This document shows, piece by piece, positions 7,776 to 18,200 of a stretch of 24,196 bases of DNA (its first letter is position 1; the number at the start of each line of letters is the position of its first letter). The position numbers and the translations under genes were made by a program. Under the pieces are notes generated by a model. The model was given only the letters and a program-made list of their open reading frames with translations. It made no database searches and had not been told where the DNA came from. Origin of the DNA: Promethearchaeota archaeon (lineage in GTDB: Archaea > Asgardarchaeota > Thorarchaeia > Thorarchaeales > Thorarchaeaceae); contig WJMJ01000170.1 in assembly GCA_014728035.1 (NCBI GenBank), positions 1 through 24,196 on the forward strand, given 5' to 3'.

Positions 7776-8025
7776 AGATTTCATATCCAAAGCAAGAAAC
7801 ACCCATGGAAATATGTATGATTATTCTATGGTTGAATATATCAATCATTTATCTCCTGTGAAAATAATATGCCACAAACATGGTGTTTTTGAACAAGTTC
7901 CATCATATCATCTGAGCGGTAATGGATGTCAAATGTGTTCGAAGGAAAAACTTGGAAACACAAAAGAGAAATTTGTTAAAAATTTTTGGGATGCTGGACA
8001 TTATAGGTTCGTGATGGGGAGATAA
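7765..8025 (+). pseudogene. Homing-endonuclease remnant (DUF723-like zinc repeat, nuclease core missing)
   Basis: FI.KA...HG..YDYS.VEY...VKIIC.KHG.FEQ.P..HL.G.GC..C, then the start of a second repeat, then WDAG. Confidence 0.65.
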
Positions 8026-8027
8026 AT

Positions 8028-8324
8028 ATGACAATTGTGTATAGTCTACCGAATTGTTGTAAGTGCGATGCGGCGAAACAAAAATTGAAAATATTTCATA
8101 TTGACTATGAGGAAAGGCCTTATGGTCATTATGTCACATATCATGATGGTTGGAGAGAAGATGGTAGTTTAGAGGCAGTCACAGCAAGGTGCTTCTATGG
8201 AGAAAAGGCAGTGCCACTCATTGAGCATGACGGCAAATTTTATGATTACCCTGGTTTTATGAAAGAAGTGAAAAGGGCGTCAAATGCGGAACTTCCGTCT
8301 TGTAATATTAAATGCAGCGCATAG
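8028..8324 (+). CDS. Glutaredoxin/NrdH-like redoxin
   Basis: IVYSLPNCCKCDAAK (CxxC) and the VPLI..DG cis-Pro motif. It lies directly upstream of nrdD. Confidence 0.8.
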   Translation: MTIVYSLPNCCKCDAAKQKLKIFHIDYEERPYGHYVTYHDGWREDGSLEAVTARCFYGEKAVPLIEHDGKFYDYPGFMKEVKRASNAELPSCNIKCSA

Positions 8325-8337
8325 AGAGGTCAAATAA

Positions 8338-9255
8338 ATGCCGTCAAACATCAAGGTTCGTAAGAAAACTACCAGGAAGAACAATTCTACAGACATCAAC
8401 TTGTTGGTGAACACGGAAACAGATGATGTTTATTTTGAATGGGACAGGCACAAGATCGTAAATGCTCTACGCGAAGAGGGAGGTGTAGGAGAAAGAACAG
8501 CCAAGAACATAGCAAAATCTGTAGAGCAAAGGGTAATGGATTCTGGAATAAAGAAGATCACCACTTCTCTCATAAGAGAATTGGTTGATAATGAGTTGTT
8601 TGAACTTGGCTATCAAAAGAAGTTAGAAAAACAAGCATCTATTAGCCTACCGAAATCTGATATAGAGGAATTGATATTTTCAAAGAGCCAAGAAAATTCA
8701 AACATCGGAACCAATAATCCAGAAGCTATTCAGTTTTCTCTTTCAGAAACTGCTCTAAAGCAATATGCACTGCAGGAAGTTTTTTCTGAAGAAGTTGCTG
8801 AGGCCCACAGAACCGGCAAAGTACACGTCCACGATTTAGGACACCCTACAAGAATTTATGCATTCAGTAAAGATACAAAATTAATTGTAAAAATTGATGG
8901 TGATATCAGAGAAATGACGCTAGAAGAATTATATGATTGTGTCGATGGAATATCTTTGCAGATAAATGAAACTCAGCACACAAAAGAATGTTCCCATTCA
9001 GATATGTTTGTCTTAGACAGAAATGATTGGGTGAAGTTAAATAGGGTTATATTTTCTGACGAAGTTAAGGACATGGTTGAGTTTAGTGTTGGTGGGCACA
9101 TCGTGAAAGTCACTTCAGACCACGGGTGTGTTGTTAAAAGAAACAATAGGGTAATAATAACAAGAGCGGACGAAGTCAAAAATACAGACGAATTCATGTA
9201 CGTAATGAAGGAGTCTGTTGATGGTAATATGCCAAATATGCAAGAAAAAATTTAA
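8338..9255 (+). CDS. nrdD: Class III RNR N-terminal fragment (ATP cone) fused to split-intein N half
   Basis: ATP cone (WDRHKIVNAL..E...ITTSLIRELV), ENSN...NPE, and AH..G.VHVHDLG.PTRIY. Intein motifs follow from 8860. Confidence 0.9.
   Translation: MPSNIKVRKKTTRKNNSTDINLLVNTETDDVYFEWDRHKIVNALREEGGVGERTAKNIAKSVEQRVMDSGIKKITTSLIRELVDNELFELGYQKKLEKQASISLPKSDIEELIFSKSQENSNIGTNNPEAIQFSLSETALKQYALQEVFSEEVAEAHRTGKVHVHDLGHPTRIYAFSKDTKLIVKIDGDIREMTLEELYDCVDGISLQINETQHTKECSHSDMFVLDRNDWVKLNRVIFSDEVKDMVEFSVGGHIVKVTSDHGCVVKRNNRVIITRADEVKNTDEFMYVMKESVDGNMPNMQEKI
8860..9255 (+). mobile_element. Split intein, N half (starts with Ala)
   Basis: Block A-like AFSKDTKLIV, TLEELY, block B VKVTSDH, and the RADEVKNTD motif. 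Confidence 0.85.
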
Positions 9256-10195
9256 GGCGATTGGTCACAATCATTTGAAGACGCATGGTTTAACAGTCAA
9301 AGAATATAAATTGTTATATCCAGGTCATAAAATGATAAGTGATTCAACGATGGAGAAATACAAGTTACATACCAAAAAACTTGTTAAAGAAGGGGTATTT
9401 GGATCACGATCATCAAAAACGCATCTGTTTTTCTTGCATTTGTTGGAACAATATTTCCCATGTGTCGAGTTTGAATCTGAATACACTATTAAATATTATA
9501 CTGTTGACATTGTTTGTTTGGAAAAGAAATTGGCCATAGAGATTAATGGTGATTGGTTCCACAACAAAGACAATAAACCATATGATGAATTGACACCAAT
9601 ACAAAAAAAGAATCATAAAAATGACAAATCGAAATCGACATTTTTAAGAAGGAAAGGTTGGAATCAGGTTATCTTGTGGGAAAGCGACATAAAAAATTCG
9701 GTCGAGTCACAAGTTGAAATTGTTTCCAATTTTCTCAACAAAAAACCACTAGAAAACATCCATATTGATTTAAAAAAGAAATGCAAACAATGTGGCAAGC
9801 GTATTCCACCAAGTAAAAACAATTATTATTCGGAAGCTAAGAAGTATTGTTCAAATGAATGCAAAAACAAAGCTTTCCTCAGAGATAGAAATGATGATTC
9901 TGAATGGCGAGTGCATTGTAAACAATGTGGTAAGAAATTAAAAAACAGAAGAAATAAATCGTTTTGTGGCAAAGATTGCCAAAAGAAGTTTGAATCGGAT
10001 GAATCTTATAGGGAGGATTTGCACCAAAAGATTAGTAAATCCATAAAAGACTCAGAATATCACAAAAAACGAAGAATTAATGGCAGAGTTGATTTGGTTT
10101 GTGATTGTGGTAAAAATTTTTGGGTCCATAAGAAAAGATTAAAGAGGGGTGGCAATATTTGGTGTTCTAGAGATTGTTATATTAAATATCACTGA
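9221..10195 (+). CDS. Free-standing putative homing endonuclease (Vsr/DUF559-like PD-(D/E)xK) with zinc-finger repeats
   Basis: N-terminal CQIC..HL..HG finger; core VDI.....AIEINGDWFH...ND..K....KGW....WE; three C-terminal Cys-rich repeats. RBS AAGGAG at 9208-9213. Confidence 0.85.
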   Translation: MVICQICKKKFKAIGHNHLKTHGLTVKEYKLLYPGHKMISDSTMEKYKLHTKKLVKEGVFGSRSSKTHLFFLHLLEQYFPCVEFESEYTIKYYTVDIVCLEKKLAIEINGDWFHNKDNKPYDELTPIQKKNHKNDKSKSTFLRRKGWNQVILWESDIKNSVESQVEIVSNFLNKKPLENIHIDLKKKCKQCGKRIPPSKNNYYSEAKKYCSNECKNKAFLRDRNDDSEWRVHCKQCGKKLKNRRNKSFCGKDCQKKFESDESYREDLHQKISKSIKDSEYHKKRRINGRVDLVCDCGKNFWVHKKRLKRGGNIWCSRDCYIKYH

Positions 10196-10206
10196 ATGGA
10201 GATGAA

Positions 10207-10368
10207 ATGATATTAGAAAAAGGTGAAATTATTGAGCTTGATCCAAAAAGTTTTGATTATGATTCATATAAAATAGATAGTATTTCGTACGACAAAGAAG
10301 ATGGTGTATATGATATCACAACTTCTTCTGGATTTTTTCAAGACACAAACAATATTGTTCACAAACAA
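10207..10368 (+). mobile_element. Split intein, C half (54 aa, ends in Gln)
   Basis: KIDSI...VYDITT..GFF...NIVHKQ followed by the +1 Cys of NrdD. RBS GGAG at 10198-10201. Confidence 0.85.
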
Positions 10369-11892
10369 TGTTCCAGTCATTCTTTAGAATATATTAAAAA
10401 ATATGGTCTAGATCTCAACAATCTAGATTCCAAATCGGCTCCAGCAAAGCACGCCAGAACTCTTAGTGTCCATTTGAATTCTTTTTTGGCCAGCATGCAA
10501 GCTTATTATGCCGGTGCTCTTGGTGTTGCTTATGTTAATATCATGTATGCGCCATATCTAACAGAGATGAGCGATGATGAAATGTATCAGGAAGCTCAAC
10601 ATCTGATCTTCCAAGCTAGCCAAAATGCTTTCACCAGAGGCGGTCAATGTCTATTTATAGATTTCAATATACACACCGGAGTTCCAGGGTACCTTAAAAA
10701 TATAAAAGCAATCGGTCCTGGCGGTAAGTATACTGGCAAGACATATGGTGATTATGAAGATGTGGCCCTCAGATTTACTCACGCTCTATTGAAAGTATGG
10801 GGAAAAGGGGACGCAACCGGCACACCCATGGCATTTCCGAAGTGTAATTTGCATATCAATGACGATACTTTCAAAGACCAAAACCAAAAACAAGTTTTCG
10901 ATTTCGCATGCAAGATTGCTGCTAAAAATGGGATCGTCTATTTTGTGTTTGATAGAGATGAAGTAACTCTGAGTGCTTGTTGCAGACTAAGAACAACCAT
11001 TAGTGATAATTACATGATTGATCATCCTGAAAGCTTAAGGTTCGCGGGTTTTCAGAATGTAACCATAAATCTACCACAGTGTGCATATAGAGCAGGCAAG
11101 GAAAATATTGATCAATTGTATAAAGAATTAGAATCAATGTTTAAGATATGCATCAAAGCACACCTAGATAAGAAAAAATTTGCGTCTGAACTTATGAGTA
11201 AACCAGGCATGCCATTGTGGCAAGTTGGAAAGATAGCCAGAGATGGAAGACCATACATAGATCTGGACAAAGCGACTTACATTATCGGCGTTATTGGTCT
11301 GAATGAATGTTTACATTATTTGATTGGTAAAGAATTGCATGAAGATGAAAACACATTGTGGATTGGAATTAGGATAATTTCATATTTGTTCTTTTTAGCA
11401 AAAGAAGCTGAGTCTAAGTATGGTTTAAAGTTTACGATAGAGGAATCTCCAGCAGAATCCGCGTCAAGGCGCCTTGCCAAAATAGACCAGTATAACTTTA
11501 AAGACGTAATAGTCAGAGGTACTGGTGACGAAATATATTATTCTAATTCTATTCACATGAGGCCAGATGCCGATATAGATCTTTTAATCAGAATAACATG
11601 GCAGGCCAAATTTCATAAGATTATAGAATCTGGGGCCATCATACATGCATTTGTTGGTGAAAAGATGCCATCTTCAAAATCTATAGCTAACGTGATCTAT
11701 AAGACATTCAAGAACACAGATGCTGCCCAATTAACTATTTCTCCCGAATTCACGATATGTAAGAATTGCGGCAAAACTAAAATAGGGCTGAGAGATGTCT
11801 GTCAGCACTGTGGAGCCTGCAATATTTATGGAGTAGAATTCGGGAAATTCGAAGAAATTCATGAATGGGATAATAAGATTTTAAATAGGTGA
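10207..11892 (+). CDS. nrdD: Split-intein C half fused to class III RNR catalytic core, lacking the glycyl-radical loop
   Basis: CSSHSLEYIKKYGL, RGGQ, FPK, SACCRL finger loop, NVTINLP, EESPAES, YYSNS and CxxC-CxxC zinc site. No R-x-x-G-Y motif occurs before the stop. Confidence 0.92.
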   Translation: MILEKGEIIELDPKSFDYDSYKIDSISYDKEDGVYDITTSSGFFQDTNNIVHKQCSSHSLEYIKKYGLDLNNLDSKSAPAKHARTLSVHLNSFLASMQAYYAGALGVAYVNIMYAPYLTEMSDDEMYQEAQHLIFQASQNAFTRGGQCLFIDFNIHTGVPGYLKNIKAIGPGGKYTGKTYGDYEDVALRFTHALLKVWGKGDATGTPMAFPKCNLHINDDTFKDQNQKQVFDFACKIAAKNGIVYFVFDRDEVTLSACCRLRTTISDNYMIDHPESLRFAGFQNVTINLPQCAYRAGKENIDQLYKELESMFKICIKAHLDKKKFASELMSKPGMPLWQVGKIARDGRPYIDLDKATYIIGVIGLNECLHYLIGKELHEDENTLWIGIRIISYLFFLAKEAESKYGLKFTIEESPAESASRRLAKIDQYNFKDVIVRGTGDEIYYSNSIHMRPDADIDLLIRITWQAKFHKIIESGAIIHAFVGEKMPSSKSIANVIYKTFKNTDAAQLTISPEFTICKNCGKTKIGLRDVCQHCGACNIYGVEFGKFEEIHEWDNKILNR

Positions 11893-11895
11893 ATT

Positions 11896-12249
11896 ATGGG
11901 TAATAGTTGGCCGTCACATTGTACCTTAAGATCTCCATTCAATCACAATAATAAGGCCGCAGTGGGTGAACCCAGTCAAAAACCAGATGTTTCACAAGAG
12001 ACTATTAATCAAATTGCCCGAGAAATGGACAAACAGAAGCAGTCCATAAACATAAAATCAAAGCAAGAATTATGTCAGAAGATGCTTTCTTCCATGCCAG
12101 AAATTGATGAAACAATATCGGACGCAACTGAAGATCAACCAAATGAATTAGATAAATTATTAAATAATGGTTATAGACCGTTACATAAGACCAATGGCGA
12201 ATGGTCTGAATGTAATCCCAACCCACATAACAAGCTACTTTTAGAATAA
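11896..12249 (+). CDS. Hypothetical protein
   Basis: 117-aa ORF tightly packed after nrdD. No motif was recognised. Confidence 0.6.
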   Translation: MGNSWPSHCTLRSPFNHNNKAAVGEPSQKPDVSQETINQIAREMDKQKQSINIKSKQELCQKMLSSMPEIDETISDATEDQPNELDKLLNNGYRPLHKTNGEWSECNPNPHNKLLLE

Positions 12250-12258
12250 TCAAATATA
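12249..12258 (+). promoter_or_regulatory. Putative late-promoter motif ATCAAATATA
   Basis: Lies 9 nt before ATG 12268. The same 10-mer is upstream of the C39 operon. Confidence 0.4.
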
Positions 12259-12267
12259 CCAGAGACT

Positions 12268-15200
12268 ATGTCTGGAGAGATTATGATTGATAAGATATTG
12301 GAGTCTAGTTTAGATAGACTAGATGAAGCTTATAACATATTATTAGAAGATCATGTTGTTACAGAAGAAACTGCAGAGCTTATTGATCAAGACCCCGCCG
12401 AAATATATAAACAGCAGAGATTATCTCCAACATATCTGTATGGTGCTTTGTCTGAATTGATGAATAATTATAGATTTGGATCATATTTGTCCACTGCATC
12501 ATCTATGTTAGAATATTCCGCATATGTTCTAGACAGACAAGTTCCAATAAAGAACAAGTTAATAGAACAGGGAGAAGACGAAACAACTGCAGGCATAGAT
12601 TCTTTGAACTTAGCTATTCAAGAGATAGTTAGAGAAAGAGAAGAATATATTAAAGAGCTGATGGATAAGGGATATAGTCTCGAAAAAGCAACAACAGAAG
12701 TCAACAGAAACAAACCACTTCTTAACAGAGTACCAAGAACTGATCAGATGAGTGTGCGCTCACAGGTGTCTGGTGAGCAAGAGATATTTATGCACGCAAA
12801 AAAGATCGGGGTTGAGGGAGTAGAGCCATCTCTTTCAGAAGCGCACATCGGCAGTAGAAAAATAGACGTACAGAGATACCTAGAAAGTCTACACAGAATA
12901 ACAGAAGTAGAAAAGACCGATCCGGCTTGGCACGAGGTGGATATTTCCAAAATGGTCATATTTGGAGATATTAAAACCAATATAACTTCATCTCCGATAA
13001 GAATAAGAAAGAAGAGAGAAGAATTAGGTGCGTTGATGGCAGCGGCCGAGCGAAAAATAGCACAATATTCTGAATCAGAAGACCCCATGGATGCAGCTAA
13101 ATTAAAGGATAAAGAAGCAGAACTTGATAAATATAAATCTTTGAAATCACAGCTGTCTGTTGGGGTTTGGAGACCTACTGATCTGAATGAATTGGCATAT
13201 GGAACACCAAGTGCAGATATTAAATATAGTGGTGCAGAATCTCAATTAGAGGAAATTAGTTTTAGGCCAGATGAAGTATCAACAGAAAAACCAGAAAATT
13301 TAACTGGTTTGTTTCCAAAATTGTATTATATGATTGGTGGATATGATAGCAAGATTCAACAAGAATCTATTGGAATGGATGTTTGGAGAGAAGAACTAGT
13401 AGAAGCAGGTGCTGGCCGATACCACCTCAAAAACTTGATAGATAAAGAAAAAAGGGGTAGAGAAGCTGATCTTGATGAAGAGACAAAGCAAAAAATTGAC
13501 AAATATGAAAATATGATTGATGAGTGGAAACAACATTCAGGAGATCTTCGTAAAATATCTGTTGATTTATACCAAATAGTTGTTAAATATTTGGTTGATA
13601 GAATAGATGGGGCAAGAGACAGATATCATAAGAGAAAAGTAGAATTTAAAGGCAACAAAGAAATAATTGACAAGATAAATTCCGATCTTGACATATTAGA
13701 TGGAATAGTACCAGAGGACCCATCACAAAATATAGAGTTAGTAATTGGAAACACCAGATTCGTTAAAGGCAAAGACAACAAAAACGAATATGGTAAGTGG
13801 AGTGATGGATCTGACATATCAGATCCAGCAGATAGAAGTAGGATGCTACACATAACGTCATCTTTGTATGATGTTGATTTGGATTCTAGTTACAATGTTG
13901 GTAGTATATTTAAGAGAGTCTCAGTGGCCAAAATGATGGCTCAGTGTGTTGATAATTCAATTTATATGTGGGTATTGAACAAAGTATTCGATAATATTTA
14001 CAAATATGCTGATCCAGACAAATATGGTGTTGCTAATATAGGCAGTGATCCTGGAGTAGTAAATAAATTTATATGCAGCATTGATCAATCTGATAGCATA
14101 TATGGAATAGATAGTCGGTTTTCATGGTATCTAATACCGTTTATAGACAACCACAAAAGCAAGGCCAATAGATATTTTAGTGAGTCCCACGAAATAGTTT
14201 CAAGTACAGAGATCTTCCAAGGCAAAGAGGAACCAATTTCGTTTAGTGATTTCGAAAATTGGAGATCTGGGGTTTTAGATTTTGAAGACAAACAAATAGT
14301 AAGAGATAAATCCGGGAACCCAATAAAGATTGGCGGAGAAGGATTTGATAGATATCTGAATGCGGCTCTTTATGATATGAGCAGAAAAGGGAAAGTAGAC
14401 TTAGAATATTTACAATTAGACCTGCCAGAGAGCATTTCTGAGACATCTGACAACAGAGACAGTATAAAAGAAGAGTATGACAATTGCCTTGGAGCAATAG
14501 AAGATATCAAAGAACGAATCTCAAATGCCAAAGATCAATCGGCTGCTGCTGAACTGCAGGTTGCTCTTGAGAAGGAACAGGAAAGATGTCAAAAACTATT
14601 TGGTATGATGAGGAAGTTAGATATTAGTCTAGAAAACATGCAAAAAGAATCAAATAATTTATGGAATGCAATATTTGATAGGGCGAAAGAATTACAACAA
14701 ACCAGCCCAGATGCATTGGCTGCGCTCGAAAAAGTAAACATGAATAAATTCAATAATGAGGCTTTTCAATCTTGGCTCGAGGAGACTGGCAGACAAGAGA
14801 AACTCGATAGTATCTATGAAAAGTATATAGATGACAACAAGATAGAATCTGAGCTTAGAAAGATGTTGAAGACATATAAAGATGAATTTATTGAAGAAAC
14901 TGAGGAAGATGGTGAAATTCACATAGAACCAGAAGTAAAGAACTTAGTAATTAATTTGGCTCACGGTGTCGAATATGGTGATGAAAAGGTTAATGCTCCC
15001 TATGAGAAATATGATTATAAGAGATTGGCCGAAATCACAAATGAGAGAATAGACGAAATAAATACGGAAGCCTTTCAATCTTGGCTCAAGGAGACTGGTA
15101 GACAAGAAGAATTAGATAAGGTTCATGAAGAATCTGAGATTAGAAAGAAGATGTTGAAAGATTACAAAGATGAGTTCATTGATGAGGGAAGGAATCTCAG

Positions 15201-18200
15201 CAAGGTTACCCCAGAAGATGTTGATATGATTTTGGGTGGGTCTAAAATTGATAGATCAAATATGCTATCTTATGCGGTAAATTCATTGCGGCAATTGGCA
15301 TCTAAATCTGCCAAAACAAACGTCAGAGAAAAAGTTGCTCCGGTTATGAGAGACATGGTGGAAAGAGACGGAAAAACCAATAAATTCATCCGTGCTATCA
15401 TAGAATCTCTTACTGCTATTGTAGAAACGCATATTGTGCAATGTTCGCAGACTGTTATGTTTGGTGGTGGTGGAACAAAAACAGGAGTTTCGTACAAAGA
15501 CGAAGATGGTTATCTAAGAATGCCTCCAGGATGGGATCCTGGAGAACTATATGGTAGGAGATCAAATCCTTATGCCGCAATACGTTCCTTGGCCAAGCAA
15601 ATTGACAGAATAAGCAGCGATGACAGATATTCAGAGGACCAAAAAGAAGAAGAAATAAATAAACGCAAAGAAATGATTAAATTATATAGCAGAAAAATGG
15701 AACAGGATCCGAAAGCCCGTAAGGTAGCCAATAGAGCACACTTAATAAATAGTATAAATAATCCATTTCTTCCGATTAATCAGGATCGTTTATCTAAATT
15801 AATGTCCAAGATGGAAGATTTTTATAATGGTTATGATGTGGAATGGGAAACTTATGATGTGACACTACCATCTGGCGATACGCAAATGGTATCTGAACCA
15901 GATATGGTTGATTTCTTACACAAGAATACTCCACTTATGCAAAGTATGGGAGTTAATGTTGCTAGAGTAGTTCTTAGATATTTAACTGAGACACCGCGCA
16001 GTGTTGCTATTGCTGGCATTCCAGAAAGACTCCCGACAGACAGGAGCAAAGACATAACTGATTTAGGCGCAATGAATGCGAGTAATGTGATTACAAGCAT
16101 GCTTGGCATGATTGGGGCCAAAGACTACCTGCATGGAAGAGACGAAGAAGATGAAGATGGCAATAAGTATCACATAGATGGTTTAATGGATGTTATGGAA
16201 AGTCAAGGATTAACAAAGTATCTTGAAGACATATCTGTCCCATCAAGAATTGTTCCTCAATTAGCTATGGAATTGGCCCTATGGGTGAACGGCCAAAAGG
16301 CGAAGGGCGGATTGGACATAGATGGTGCTAAGCTGGTCAGAGAACATATCAGAAACAAGCTTTTTGACTACATAAGCGCATCTATTCCAACACCAAAGGG
16401 CGAACTAGATAGAAGTTCTATTAATGCAAGGCGAGATATAGTTAATAAGATCAACAAAGCATCGAACAAGGTTGTTGAACAGATGATAAAACTTTCAACA
16501 CCAGATGCAGATGAAATATTGGATGGCCAAAAAGAGTTTGACAACGTTGTAGACATGTTCGCTAGAATGAAATCTGGAATGTTAAGATTGAAAGATTCAG
16601 ATTTACATTATAGCGCAGCCGATGAAGCTGACGTTAATGTAATAAATGATTTGATAAATTCAGCAAACAGTTTCAGAGAAACTGGCAATATAGAAGAATT
16701 AAAGAAAACATATAAGAATTTCCTGAATCTCTGTAATGATTTAGCAGTTAAGAAAGATTCTGAAAGGGTATTTGCAGATGCCACTCAGCATCTTGGGAAT
16801 ATTGATAGATTAGACAATCTGTCTTATCTAGTTTCTAAGATGGACAGAGCTGATGGAGAAGAGAGAGAAGACATAAAAACAAGCATAACGACATTAATTG
16901 ATGAACTGTCGGATAGAGGAGTTATATTATCTGGTGATTTAGGGTCGTTACCGGCATTGATGGATTCTGCTGCCAATTCTCGCAAAGACGAAATGAATAG
17001 AATTGAATCAATTATTGGGAGATATGCCAATATACCTAGAGATTATACGGATTATACTATTTCAATTCCCGAATTAGAAAACACTGAGGGAGATAAAGTC
17101 AAGATAGGTATCGATACTGATCTTGTATCAACTGTATATAGCAAGCTTAATGAGATAAGAAATGTTGCTCTTGCTATTGGCGATTATCATAGGGCAAGAG
17201 AAACAATAGAAACAGAAAACCCAGAATCAGCAGAATATGAGGATGCATTGGCTCGTAAAGAACAGGCTTACGAAACCATACATGTGTCAATGGGAAAAAT
17301 TGCTAGTGATATTGGGGAGACACCTGGTGCGAAATTAGATACACAAGGTGGGATAATTCATAAATTCACTGGGGAATTAGATAAATTCTCTAAAGAATAT
17401 AAGGGTCGTTTGGGTCTATATGATAAGTTAATAGATATCAGAAACGATCTTCTTGGACAGGGATTGTCCGACGATCAAATAAGAGAAGGTTATGTTAATA
17501 TTTATCGCAAATTATTACAGTCTGCTAAAGTATATAATTTAGAACCTCGACACGTTGCTTCAGAGTTAGCTGATAGATTTAGAAAATATATTGAATTTAA
17601 GAGAGAACAACACCGGACGAGAAGAGAAGCTTTTGGTGGTATAGAAATAGATACTATATTGTATGTTCCAGGATCGTCTGAACCGTTAGAAGTTTCTATT
17701 TATCCCATGGAAAATGTTTATGATAAGGTCAGTAAAACTCTTGATTCTGGGATATCGCTTGAGGCTACTTTGATCAATCCACAAAAATTCATAAATTCTG
17801 GAGAAGGTGTTCTGTCAATAAAATATGACAATGTGCAAGAAATGGAAAAAGGAGAAACAGAGACAGAAATAGCGCCAGAGGAAGAATACAGCATCGATGC
17901 AAATATGACTATAAGGTCAGCTGTTGAGATAGATATCGATAAACACGATGAAATAATAACATATCTGAACCAAAGTGGCAAAAAGCCAGTTATTATAAAG
18001 AAAACTAAAAAGGGCGAATTTTGTTGGGACAAATTAAGAGACAGTGTCAATGATTTGATAGATGAGACAAAGCCATTGCTTGAAAAAATGAGATCTGATT
18101 TTTCTGGGTTGGCTAAGAAATTTGGTTCAGATGAGTTGGCCAATGCTGTCGAGCATTATGATTTAGACAGAATGAGATCAATTGCAGATCATCTTATTGA

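Noticed and set aside
9256-10206. Group I intron interrupting nrdD
   Set aside because: The interval is almost all endonuclease coding sequence with no room for a ribozyme core, and intein motifs explain the break.
11821-12249. Frameshift or read-through supplying the NrdD glycyl motif
   Set aside because: The alternative plus frames stop quickly without R-x-x-G-Y, and the next ORF has no such motif.
13240-13249. 10-nt match (TCTCAATTAG) to the first spacer
   Set aside because: Too short to call self-targeting in AT-rich sequence.
17239-17262. EDALARKE in the giant protein resembling the ALARK motif of the acidic protein
   Set aside because: A five-residue match in a 2054-aa helical protein is plausibly chance.
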